DNA of 64,000 bases from Odoribacter sp. (GTDB taxonomy: Bacteria > Bacteroidota > Bacteroidia > Bacteroidales > Marinifilaceae): assembly GCA_020024465.1 (NCBI GenBank), contig JAHHTT010000006.1:1071-65070 (forward strand), written 5' to 3'. A program made the position numbers and the translations under genes. Shown here piece by piece: positions 51,700-60,822 of the stretch. Position 1 is the stretch's first letter. Each line of letters starts with the position of its first letter. Under the pieces are notes generated by a model. It did not search any database. It worked only from the letters and a program-made list of their open reading frames with translations, and was not told the DNA's origin.

Positions 51700-52700
51700 T
51701 TTATTCTCTTTACATCATAAACAGGTAGCTTCAAAGCTTCCTGCATAACATCGCGCAACCTGTCTGAATCCAAAACCAATCCGGAAGGTGCCACCGGATT
51801 AATCGTTACAGCCAACAAGCGGCTTCTATGCACCACCCTTATTCTGCCACCTTTCCGAAGAAAGGCATAATAAGATTCCGGTTTCGCAAACACCCGAGTA
51901 AAATCTCGGATGACCAACTCCACCGATTGCTTTTGCACCTTCAGATACTGTAACAACTTATCGCTGACAGCACCTGCCACAAAAAGCCGATTACCATATC
52001 GGAACAAATCGGTTCCCATCTTCTCCAGCATAAAAATTGAAGGCAAATGCAAATCTACCATCTTCCCTTCTCGGTCTATTGCCCAAACTCCTTGTTCTAC
52101 ACAATCCAACACATCCTGTAATTCCGATTCTACCTCTTCCAGACCAATCAACTCATACACAAATTTAGTCTTTCTTACCAACTCTGGTATATTGCCGGAC
52201 ACGGCAGCTCCCGTAGCTAAAAACATAGCTTCCGTTACTGCCGGTGAAGCCAGACTCAAGCGTGACAAAGCTCCATCTACAATGGTCGTCTGAATATTCC
52301 TCTCTTTCATACGGGCAATTAAAAGCTTCAATCCTCCCGTATCCGCCGGTCCTGACAACAACACCTTCCCTGCAGTAATTGCTCTTGCCGTTACCAATCG
52401 CCCCAATGCCGTTCTCTCTTCACTGATATCCAAAACCTCTGCCACCAATCTTTTCTCCAGAAAATGTTTTTCAGAAGTCACAAACACCATACCTTCCGGC
52501 ACTTCAATCTCCGGTTTCGGAGTCTGACATACCTGATCCCGACTCTCGCCGTCGATACCGACAGAAGTCAGGGCAAACTTCCGCGCTTTCCCCTTCACTC
52601 TCCTCAAAATATAATTCAAGCACTCTGTCTTTCCGGTATTTTTTTCCAGACCAACAATAGCCAGACTACGGTATTTCAATATATCAGCAACTTCAAACAT
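51696..52700 (-). CDS. kamB: KamB (aminomutase reactivating factor component)
   Basis: IVGLEKNTGKTECLN, TSVGIDGE..D, VDGALSR; between kamA and kamC. The ATG at 52700 (MFEVAD) is preferred over 52757. Confidence 0.8.
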   Translation of the reverse strand: MFEVADILKYRSLAIVGLEKNTGKTECLNYILRRVKGKARKFALTSVGIDGESRDQVCQTPKPEIEVPEGMVFVTSEKHFLEKRLVAEVLDISEERTALGRLVTARAITAGKVLLSGPADTGGLKLLIARMKERNIQTTIVDGALSRLSLASPAVTEAMFLATGAAVSGNIPELVRKTKFVYELIGLEEVESELQDVLDCVEQGVWAIDREGKMVDLHLPSIFMLEKMGTDLFRYGNRLFVAGAVSDKLLQYLKVQKQSVELVIRDFTRVFAKPESYYAFLRKGGRIRVVHRSRLLAVTINPVAPSGLVLDSDRLRDVMQEALKLPVYDVKRIK

Positions 52701-52762
52701 TCTCACGAATATTCGCCAACATGCCAGCCCACAATCTGCAAGCTGGCTTATCGGCATATCAT

Positions 52763-54007
52763 TTATTTTTTCAAATTGCGTTTTTTACGATCCAAATCAA
52801 CAGGCTCCAAAGACAAACGATCTCCGTTCAGCAACTCTGCTACCCCCTCTGTCTTGCGACGTTTCTCACACTCTTCGCAGTGGCATTCATCCTTATAATC
52901 CATCGGTTCGGTATATGTTGTCACAACTCCTTCAAAATTACGCAATACCACCCTGTGCGGTCCTTGAGAAATCATATAAGTCGGCATTACTGGAATCTTA
53001 CCGCCACCTCCCGGAGCATCCACCACAAAAGTAGGCACTGCATATCCGGAAGTATGACCACGCAGACTTTCCATAATCTCGATACCCTTAGACACCGGAG
53101 TACGGAAATGACCGATACCCATAGACAGGTCGCAAACATAAATATAATACGGACGTACCCGGATTTTCACCAAACCGTGGACCAACTTCATCATCACATG
53201 AGTACAATCGTTTACACCACGCAACAACACGGACTGATTTCCCAATGGAATACCAGCATCTGCCAGGCGAGCACAGGCCTCTGTCGCCTCTTCTGTAATT
53301 TCATTAGGATGGTTGAAATGAGTATTCAGCCAAATCGGATGATACTTTTTTAACATATTCACCAATTCGGGAGTAATACGTTGCGGACACACCACCGGAG
53401 TACGAGAACCGATACGGATTATCTCTACATGTGGAATAGCCCTCAAACGTCGGATAATATACTCCAACCTATCATCGCTTACCAATAAAGCATCTCCTCC
53501 GGAAAGCAACACGTCCCGTACCTGCGGAGTCTTCTCTATATATTCGATGCATCTATCTATCTGCTCTTTCGGGGTTGCACAGTCATGATGACCGGCAAAA
53601 CGACGACGAGTACAATGACGGCAATACATCGAACACATGTCTGTTATCAAAAACAAAACCCGATCCGGATAACGGTGTGTCAATCCTGGAACCGGAGAAT
53701 CGCTATCTTCGTGCAGTGGGTCTTCCAAATCAGCCTGAGAACGGTGCAACTCTTCGATTGTCGGCACAGACTGACGGCGAATCGGACAATAAGGATCATC
53801 CGGATTAATCAAACTCAAATAATACGGAGTAATAGCCATCCGCAAAGTTTTCAAAGATTCACGTACACCCTTTGCTTCTTCGTCTGTCAGCTTAATATAT
53901 TTCTGCAACTCTTCTAAAGTCTCTATACGATTCTGCACTTGCCAATGCCAATCATTCCATTGCTCATCCGTAACTTCGGGGAAAAATTCCTTCCTTCTGC
54001 TTGCCAT
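52763..54007 (-). CDS. kamA: Lysine 2,3-aminomutase (radical SAM)
   Basis: WNDWHWQ, THRYPDR, CSMYCRHCTRRR, DAPGGGGKIP. Confidence 0.97.
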   Translation of the reverse strand: MASRRKEFFPEVTDEQWNDWHWQVQNRIETLEELQKYIKLTDEEAKGVRESLKTLRMAITPYYLSLINPDDPYCPIRRQSVPTIEELHRSQADLEDPLHEDSDSPVPGLTHRYPDRVLFLITDMCSMYCRHCTRRRFAGHHDCATPKEQIDRCIEYIEKTPQVRDVLLSGGDALLVSDDRLEYIIRRLRAIPHVEIIRIGSRTPVVCPQRITPELVNMLKKYHPIWLNTHFNHPNEITEEATEACARLADAGIPLGNQSVLLRGVNDCTHVMMKLVHGLVKIRVRPYYIYVCDLSMGIGHFRTPVSKGIEIMESLRGHTSGYAVPTFVVDAPGGGGKIPVMPTYMISQGPHRVVLRNFEGVVTTYTEPMDYKDECHCEECEKRRKTEGVAELLNGDRLSLEPVDLDRKKRNLKK

Positions 54008-54068
54008 AATTTTAAATTTACCAATGTGAAAGCGGCTGTCACATCAGACAGCCCCTCCATCACATGAA

Positions 54069-55112
54069 TTAAGCATACAAATCAGTAAATATTTTTCTCA
54101 ACTCCTCGTTCTCTCGCAATTCCTGCAGAGTGATTTCCGCATGACCTTTTGTATAACCGTTACCAACAATCATCGTCACATCACTGCCAACTCCTTCAGC
54201 ACCCAATGCGGCTTTGGTAAAACTGGTTGCCATAGAGAAGAAATAAACGGTACCGGTATTTTTAGTACAAAGGATACTTGTCATTTCAGTATCAGTGATA
54301 TTCACATTATTAATAGTGATATCACACATTTCGCCGTTAGTCAGCTCAGCGATTTTCTCCATAACAGGCACAGGCTGAGTTGCGTCTGCAGAAAATACAT
54401 AGTCGCAGAAACCTAACTTCTGCATACGCTCAGTACTTCTCTGGCTGTGGCACAGACCAATCACTTTACCGGTAACGCCGGCACGTTTTTTAGCCTCATA
54501 ACAGCAAAGCATACCTGATTTACCACCGGCACCGATAATCAATACCGTATCACCCGGTTTTACCAATTTAGCAGTCTGAGCAGGAGCTCCTGCTACGTCC
54601 AATGCAGACAAAGCCAATTTTTCAGGCAGGTCTGAAGGAATTTTAGCATAGATACCGCTTTCAAACAGAATAGCCTTACCATCGATATCCACTTGATCAA
54701 CATCAGGACGGATCTCTTTAATTTTGTCGATACGCAACGGAGTCAAAGACAGAGAAACTAAAGTTGCGATTTTATCACCCACTTTCAAATCCGTTTTACC
54801 TACCAAAGCATCTCCGATTTTCTCAACGGTTCCCAACAGCATACCACCGGATCCGGTCACCGGATTTCTGTGTTTACCCTGTTTTTCAACAATACCCAGC
54901 ATGATTTCAGCAATCTTATCCTTATCACCACCCGCCTGTTCTTCAATCTGAGTAAAGCTGGCTGAGTCAATATTCAAAGTCTGGACATCAATCAAAATTT
55001 CATTGTCATAGATTTCATCCATATTATTATCCAACTTATCTGCCGGCTGAGGCAACACACCAACTGGAGAAATCACTCTATGTGTTCCGTATTTATTTCC
55101 TTTTTTCATCAT
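54069..55112 (-). CDS. kdd: L-erythro-3,5-diaminohexanoate dehydrogenase
   Basis: GNKYGTHRV, NPVTGSGGML, GAGGKSG, FFSMATSF. Confidence 0.95.
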   Translation of the reverse strand: MMKKGNKYGTHRVISPVGVLPQPADKLDNNMDEIYDNEILIDVQTLNIDSASFTQIEEQAGGDKDKIAEIMLGIVEKQGKHRNPVTGSGGMLLGTVEKIGDALVGKTDLKVGDKIATLVSLSLTPLRIDKIKEIRPDVDQVDIDGKAILFESGIYAKIPSDLPEKLALSALDVAGAPAQTAKLVKPGDTVLIIGAGGKSGMLCCYEAKKRAGVTGKVIGLCHSQRSTERMQKLGFCDYVFSADATQPVPVMEKIAELTNGEMCDITINNVNITDTEMTSILCTKNTGTVYFFSMATSFTKAALGAEGVGSDVTMIVGNGYTKGHAEITLQELRENEELRKIFTDLYA

Positions 55113-55135
55113 TTTATAAATTTAAAATTAATATG

Positions 55136-55960
55136 TTACTGTTTTTTCAAATTCAAAATCTCTCTTGCTTCCGCCGAAGTAGCTACTTCACGTCCCAACT
55201 CTTTAGCCAGACGCACCACTTTAGCCACCAGTTCTCCATTAGATTTAGCCAACACTCCTCTTTCCAGATAAAGATTATCTTCAAATCCCACTCTTACGTT
55301 ACCACCCATCACGATAGCAGCTGCAGCTAACGAAAAAGCATGACGTCCGATTCCGGTAGCCGTCCAGGTAGAACCTGCCGGAATTGCATTCACCAGCCAG
55401 CACAAATTCTGCACAGTAGCCGGAGTACATCCAGGAACTCCCAATACAAAATTAAACTGCATCGGATTTCCGGGAACCTGACCTTTCTTAGCCATATTCA
55501 ATACCGTATCCAAATGTCCCATTTCAAAACATTCATATTCCGGTTTGATATTATTTTCCATCATTCTCTTGCCGAAAGCGCGCATCATAGGCATCGTATT
55601 TTCAAACACATCATCGCCGAAGTTGCAAGTTCCACAATCAAGTGTTGCCATTTCCGGAAACAATTCAGTAGGCTGCAAACGCTCTTCAGCAGTCATACCC
55701 ACAGCTCCCCCAGTAGACGGAATAATGATCACATCAGGACACTCTTTATAAATAGCATCCAGACACTCTTTAAAGCGCTCTTTACTCTGTGTTGGAGTAC
55801 CGTCATCTTTACGTACATGCAAATGCACGATTGCAGCACCGGCATCCACTGCCGATTTAGCCTCCCGAACAATTTCCTCCACAGTATAAGGCACGGCAGG
55901 ATTCTGCTCTTTAGTCACCTCTGCACCACAAATGGCTGCTGTAATAATCAACTTCTCCAT
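55136..55960 (-). CDS. kce: 3-keto-5-aminohexanoate cleavage enzyme
   Basis: LIITAAICGAE, HLHVR, STGGAVG, RVGFEDN. Confidence 0.95.
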   Translation of the reverse strand: MEKLIITAAICGAEVTKEQNPAVPYTVEEIVREAKSAVDAGAAIVHLHVRKDDGTPTQSKERFKECLDAIYKECPDVIIIPSTGGAVGMTAEERLQPTELFPEMATLDCGTCNFGDDVFENTMPMMRAFGKRMMENNIKPEYECFEMGHLDTVLNMAKKGQVPGNPMQFNFVLGVPGCTPATVQNLCWLVNAIPAGSTWTATGIGRHAFSLAAAAIVMGGNVRVGFEDNLYLERGVLAKSNGELVAKVVRLAKELGREVATSAEAREILNLKKQ

Positions 55961-55973
55961 ATTCTGTCAATAA

Positions 55974-56357
55974 TTATTTTCTTTGATCCTCTTTTTTAAC
56001 AACACAAGTTCCACTGGCACGACACACCACGACCGGTTCAGCTAATACATCCGCTGCTGAAGCTGAGATATCCGGACGGGCAGTTACTACTTTGCGAGCC
56101 TCAAATACCATCTTGCGGGAAGTATTGCCTACCTTTACGATTTCACCAGTCGCTTCAATATAATCACCTGCATAAACAGGAGCCAAAAATTCAACATTGT
56201 CATATGCCACAAACAGACCTTCATCTCCGTCATGCATAATCAACAACTCTGTAGCCACATCGCCGAACAAATGTACCATATGAGCTCCATCCACTAAATT
56301 TCCTCCATAATGAGCATCCTTTGCGCTCATTCTTAATCTTATCATTGATTTTTCCAT
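55974..56357 (-). CDS. kal: 3-aminobutyryl-CoA ammonia-lyase (hotdog fold)
   Basis: [19 protein letters not shown]...FGDVATEL...DGDEGLF. Confidence 0.95.
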   Translation of the reverse strand: MEKSMIRLRMSAKDAHYGGNLVDGAHMVHLFGDVATELLIMHDGDEGLFVAYDNVEFLAPVYAGDYIEATGEIVKVGNTSRKMVFEARKVVTARPDISASAADVLAEPVVVCRASGTCVVKKEDQRK

Positions 56358-56384
56358 TTTCTGTCAGGTTTTTCTGTTCTACAA

Positions 56385-57032
56385 TCAAGCTTTCACAATA
56401 TAATCCACAAAAATACCCGGAGTTCTCACCAATTCAGGATAAAGCTCTCCTTGTCCCACCAATTCCTCTATCTCTGCTATCACAAGATCGGCAGCCGTAG
56501 CCATCAGTGGATTGAAATTCTGCGTTGTCCCTTTATAAACCAGATTACCGGCATCATCACCGACACTAGCTCCTACCAAAGCGACATCAGCACGCAAAGG
56601 TTTCTCCAATAAATAATCTTTACCGTCGATATTCAAAATCTGCTTCCCTTCTGCCACCAGCGTTCCAATACCTGTCGGAGTCAGGATTCCACCCAGACCG
56701 GCACCTCCTGCACGTACGCGTTCTGCCAGCGTACCCTGCGGACAAAATTCAATTTCCAGCTCTCCGCTATTCATCTGCTCACTGGTGCAGGGGTTTGTTC
56801 CAATGTGAGACACAATCACCTTCTTCACTTGTTTATTGGCAATCAACTGACCGCATCCTCTATCCGGGAAAGCGGTATCATTCACAATCAAAGTCAGATT
56901 CTTCACGCCTGATTTTGCCAAAGCGCTAACGATTGCATTTGGCGTACCATTAGCAAGAAAACCGCCTATCATAACGGTCATCCCATCTGTCACCTTTGCA
57001 ACGGCCTCTTCTACTGAAATAAGCTTCTTCAT
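56385..57032 (-). CDS. ctfA: Butyrate:acetoacetate CoA-transferase subunit A
   Basis: MIGGFLANGTP, SHIGTNP, PQGTLAERVRAGGAGLGG, NFNPLMATAA. Confidence 0.92.
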   Translation of the reverse strand: MKKLISVEEAVAKVTDGMTVMIGGFLANGTPNAIVSALAKSGVKNLTLIVNDTAFPDRGCGQLIANKQVKKVIVSHIGTNPCTSEQMNSGELEIEFCPQGTLAERVRAGGAGLGGILTPTGIGTLVAEGKQILNIDGKDYLLEKPLRADVALVGASVGDDAGNLVYKGTTQNFNPLMATAADLVIAEIEELVGQGELYPELVRTPGIFVDYIVKA

Positions 57033-57077
57033 AAGTATATGTTTTGTTTAAAATTAAACAGATTCACTCGTATTTGT

Positions 57078-57108
57078 CAAATATATAAATAAATAATCTT
57101 ATCCACAA
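57078..57108 (-). promoter_or_regulatory. Primary-sigma promoter of the lysine fermentation operon
   Basis: Minus-strand TATATTTG (-7, 57078-57085) with TTG about 20 nt upstream (-33). Confidence 0.6.
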
Positions 57109-57180
57109 GTGTTTTATACGGAAAAAAATCTCTATACATTCAATATAGAATCAATCTAATTAACATCCACCTCATCAAAC

Positions 57181-57223
57181 AAAAAAAATGCGGATTCTCT
57201 TATATTTTAGAATTCCGCATTTT
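57181..57223 (-). terminator. Terminator after the thioredoxin-domain gene (end of susC locus 2)
   Basis: AAAATGCGGA...TCCGCATTTT hairpin with an A-run on the left. Confidence 0.75.
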
Positions 57224-57246
57224 ACATTTATGGTATAAAAACTATA

Positions 57247-58359
57247 TTATAACGCTGTCATTAAGTTATTTTTCAAATTTTCAAGCATCGGATTTCCGGG
57301 ATACTTTCTACAAAACTCCTCCATCCATTCAATCGCATCCTCTATTACGGAACGCTCCTTACTAGCCGCCAAATACGGCAAAAATAGTGCTAAATAGTAC
57401 CCTTCTTCTCCTTGTTTCAAAACATCTTTTTTCAGTATTTTTTTGATATGCTTCAACATTCCTTTATAATCCTGTTTCCCTATATAAGCAGCAGTAGACA
57501 ATTGAGCCAGCCATCCAGGCACCTTCTCATAATCCACTTTCTGCAAATCATCCATTAGCTGTCGGCGCCCTTCCTCGTCAAACCGGTTTCCCTGCTCAAT
57601 TTTCCATCTGGTATATTTAGCAATTCTATTTTGTATGACGACACTAATTCTTAAATCCACCATCTTTCTTTCTGCAATTTCATAAAATCTCTCATACAAT
57701 TCAAGAAAACGGACAAAACAATAATCTGTAGGATTTGTCTGTGCATCAATATGCCTTTCTATACAATTCCAACATAATGGTGTCAACAACTCTTCATCAT
57801 TCAAACCCCGAAACCAACATTCCATAACACTATCTCTTTGCTCACGCATCCCTGCATCAATAAGAACATTCAGATAATCCCGAACAAATTCAGGTTTTCT
57901 ATCACCACTTGCAAACCTTTTGGTCAATACCTTCAAACTACTGCGCCCTTCCAAAGCTTTCTTTCCCCCTTCAATTAACCATACTGCATCTCCAGCACCC
58001 ACAAGCCGATGATTTACCTCCTCTGTTTTCGGATCTATAAACAATAAGGTCGGGAAAGACTGTATCTGGTATTTCTTCGCCAATTCTTTTCCTTCTTTTT
58101 CCATATCCATTTTTACACAAACAAAATTCCGGTTAAAAAACATCGCAACAGAATCCTGTGTAAAAACATTTTTTACTAAAGCCTTACAAGGTCCACACCA
58201 AACCGTATAACAATCTAAAAACACTTGTTTTTGTTCATTCACGGCACGTTTCAACACATCTTCCCAACTGTCTTGCTGAAAAGCTATAGAAAAGTTTTGC
58301 CCGAAACTATTCGGGCAAAACCATCCAAACAACAAAAATAATGTATAAAAAAATCTCAT
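57247..58359 (-). CDS. Exported thioredoxin-fold protein (WCGPC)
   Basis: Signal peptide, FLDCYTVWCGPCK, FVCVKMDMEK, FPTLLF; helical C-terminus. Confidence 0.85.
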   Translation of the reverse strand: MRFFYTLFLLFGWFCPNSFGQNFSIAFQQDSWEDVLKRAVNEQKQVFLDCYTVWCGPCKALVKNVFTQDSVAMFFNRNFVCVKMDMEKEGKELAKKYQIQSFPTLLFIDPKTEEVNHRLVGAGDAVWLIEGGKKALEGRSSLKVLTKRFASGDRKPEFVRDYLNVLIDAGMREQRDSVMECWFRGLNDEELLTPLCWNCIERHIDAQTNPTDYCFVRFLELYERFYEIAERKMVDLRISVVIQNRIAKYTRWKIEQGNRFDEEGRRQLMDDLQKVDYEKVPGWLAQLSTAAYIGKQDYKGMLKHIKKILKKDVLKQGEEGYYLALFLPYLAASKERSVIEDAIEWMEEFCRKYPGNPMLENLKNNLMTAL

Positions 58360-60011
58360 TACAAAGAGTCCATCAATTGATTATTATGATTCTTTCCATC
58401 CCGGTACCACTCCTGCCATTTCACCATAATATCCACCGGATAACCGCACACTCCTCTATAAATCATTTCCCTGCCTTTACTGTCTTTCTTCACGGTATAA
58501 GTCACGGCATCCAAAACGATGACATCTCCTTTCAGCTTTTCGCCTTTTCCTTCATGGTCATCTCCATAGCGTGAAATACCCAATATAATACTCTTTTCCG
58601 AACGGGACATCTCAAAACAAGTGATTTCAGCTTCTCCATATCCCAAATTATCCAATGAAAATACCGGCTTAGGTGCTGTTCCGTTTTCCCACTCCCGAAT
58701 ATTACTTGCCAGCAGTTTCTTACCACAAGATACCAGCATATTCTCTATCGATTTATATTGATAAAAATCACTTCTGCTGTTCATCATTTCCTGTGGCATA
58801 TCCATCTCCGCCAACACTTTGCATTCTGTAACATCATTAATATTTGTAGGCAACTGCAATTCCAATGCCTTCACATTCTCACCATTTGCCAAAATTGCCA
58901 CACATATATTAGGCAAATTCGTATATGAACCAAATATCAGACGATACCCCTCATAAGCCGGAATCTTAGACTTCGGAATCTCCACCATCGAACTTCCCAA
59001 ATTAGATACCAAAAGAAAACGTCCCACAGTTTCGTCAAATACCACGCCATAATCAGAATAATTGTACGCAAGAGACACTACAAAAAAATCACTGGGAGCA
59101 TGCACAGCACTTACGGGGAAATACACTGAAGACAATTTTCCTCCATACTTGCTTTCTTTATCCAACAACCAAGTCCTAGCAAAATAATCGACTGACTCAT
59201 GACTTATTTGACAAGAATACAATTTTCCCTCTGATATCATTATATTCTTTGCCCCCCTACCTCCTCTATTACCAAAAATAAAATCCCAGTTTATAATTCC
59301 TGACCAGATAAAATCCGGAGCAAATCCTGGAACAGACGGTTCCGGATAAGGAATCTGTCTTTTCAAAAAAGCCTCATCCAGATAAGTATTTCCTCCTATA
59401 TCTTCTAAAGTAGTATCTGCAAGCGACTTTACTCCTTTGTCAACACTGACCATCATACCGGAATATGCCTCAACCGGCAAATAATTCCGGTATAATCGAT
59501 GTCCTTTTCCCCCCAGTTCCAAACCGGTAGAACGCTCATAATAATTAATGACAAATGGTAAAGTATCTGGTATTAGCCCCTTATAGGAGAGCTCTGCTTT
59601 CCCTTCTGTATTACTTAATACAACTATCATATCTCCGGCCCGTTCACCTGACACAATCAGGCGGAAAGGGAAAATATACTGATTACCCTGTTCTTTATCC
59701 GTAATAATCAACCGACAGTTTTTATCTCCATACGACAAAATTACCGGATAGACCAATGACAATTCCGTACTCACTATTTTTTGCTCAATCTCCCATTCGT
59801 AACTATAAGCCTCCGGATTACTGTAGAACGTGCCGGCAAATGCCGGAGTACATCTCAAAGTATCAAACTGACGGATATAAATAATAGAATCCAATCCATC
59901 TGTCACCCCTTCTATTCTATTGATTTCATGATAATCATAATTGCCTTTATCGTCATAACAGGATATCCACAAAATAGACGACAGGCACAACAATAAAAAT
60001 ATCTTCTTCAT
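58359..60011 (-). CDS. PKD-like family surface lipoprotein
   Basis: MKKIFLLLCLSSILWISC-YDDKGNYDYHEINRI, paralogous to 11146..12648. Confidence 0.75.
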   Translation of the reverse strand: MKKIFLLLCLSSILWISCYDDKGNYDYHEINRIEGVTDGLDSIIYIRQFDTLRCTPAFAGTFYSNPEAYSYEWEIEQKIVSTELSLVYPVILSYGDKNCRLIITDKEQGNQYIFPFRLIVSGERAGDMIVVLSNTEGKAELSYKGLIPDTLPFVINYYERSTGLELGGKGHRLYRNYLPVEAYSGMMVSVDKGVKSLADTTLEDIGGNTYLDEAFLKRQIPYPEPSVPGFAPDFIWSGIINWDFIFGNRGGRGAKNIMISEGKLYSCQISHESVDYFARTWLLDKESKYGGKLSSVYFPVSAVHAPSDFFVVSLAYNYSDYGVVFDETVGRFLLVSNLGSSMVEIPKSKIPAYEGYRLIFGSYTNLPNICVAILANGENVKALELQLPTNINDVTECKVLAEMDMPQEMMNSRSDFYQYKSIENMLVSCGKKLLASNIREWENGTAPKPVFSLDNLGYGEAEITCFEMSRSEKSIILGISRYGDDHEGKGEKLKGDVIVLDAVTYTVKKDSKGREMIYRGVCGYPVDIMVKWQEWYRDGKNHNNQLMDSL

Positions 60012-60036
60012 AACATTCATTTTATCAATACACATT

Positions 60037-60807
60037 TTATTCGACCGGCACCATCTCACGCATGAGTACATACTGATTCGTCTCTTTGTCTATCGGCTTA
60101 TTGGCATTCAGCCAGGCCTCCAGAGCCGGAGCATATTTCTGTTGAATCATAAAAATATTTATCGGCATGGAACTGTCCTCTATTTCAAATTCCGATGCAA
60201 AAGATATCAGAACCTGCCATTTAATCGGGTGATAATAATACAGTGCTCCTTCCATCTGCCGCCACCACACCGGCTCTGCCAGATAATTGTTCGCTACCAG
60301 TTTCAACTCATTGCTTTCCACATTTCCCACTCCAAAATCTTCGGAATCTTCCAGCTTCAGAATAAGCCGTTTTGATAACTTCTTCACGTGACTGCCATCC
60401 AAATAATCGCGGTGTAACACCACCTCTACCGTATCCGTCCAACAGCCGGCACGCATCACCTGCTTCTCTGCTATCACTTCATAATCTTTACCGGCCTCCA
60501 GCGTTGTCTTTCCTTTCTTCACCATTCCGGAATCCGCCACAACTATTCTATATGTTCGGTCATGATCTGACAACCGGCCCGTATAACACACCACTAATCT
60601 CACTGTATCTACCGTCACTTCCGGCATTTTCTTTCCGAAAGAATAGACTATAGAGTCAAAATTCACCTTATCTCCGGCCTGATTATATATAAAATTCTGA
60701 AAATACACACAATCACGTTCTCCATAGAATGATTCCAATCCATCAGAGCATCCTATATTGAACAAAAAACAAAAACTTGCCAATGCTATTATCCATTTCT
60801 TTGTCAT
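60037..60807 (-). CDS. DUF4843-like lipoprotein
   Basis: Lipobox NIGC-SDGLESFYG, YTGRLSDHDRTYRIVV, LAEPVWW; follows susD. Confidence 0.7.
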   Translation of the reverse strand: MTKKWIIALASFCFLFNIGCSDGLESFYGERDCVYFQNFIYNQAGDKVNFDSIVYSFGKKMPEVTVDTVRLVVCYTGRLSDHDRTYRIVVADSGMVKKGKTTLEAGKDYEVIAEKQVMRAGCWTDTVEVVLHRDYLDGSHVKKLSKRLILKLEDSEDFGVGNVESNELKLVANNYLAEPVWWRQMEGALYYYHPIKWQVLISFASEFEIEDSSMPINIFMIQQKYAPALEAWLNANKPIDKETNQYVLMREMVPVE

Positions 60808-60822
60808 ATCCGAATCATTAAA

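Noticed and set aside
57099..57107. Perfect DnaA box TTATCCACA in the lysine operon promoter
   Set aside because: Single copy with no cluster or oriC context; expected by chance in AT-rich DNA
57033..57246. Lysine or cobalamin riboswitch upstream of the kam operon
   Set aside because: AT-rich, no conserved aptamer motifs, and the predicted leader is only about 40 nt
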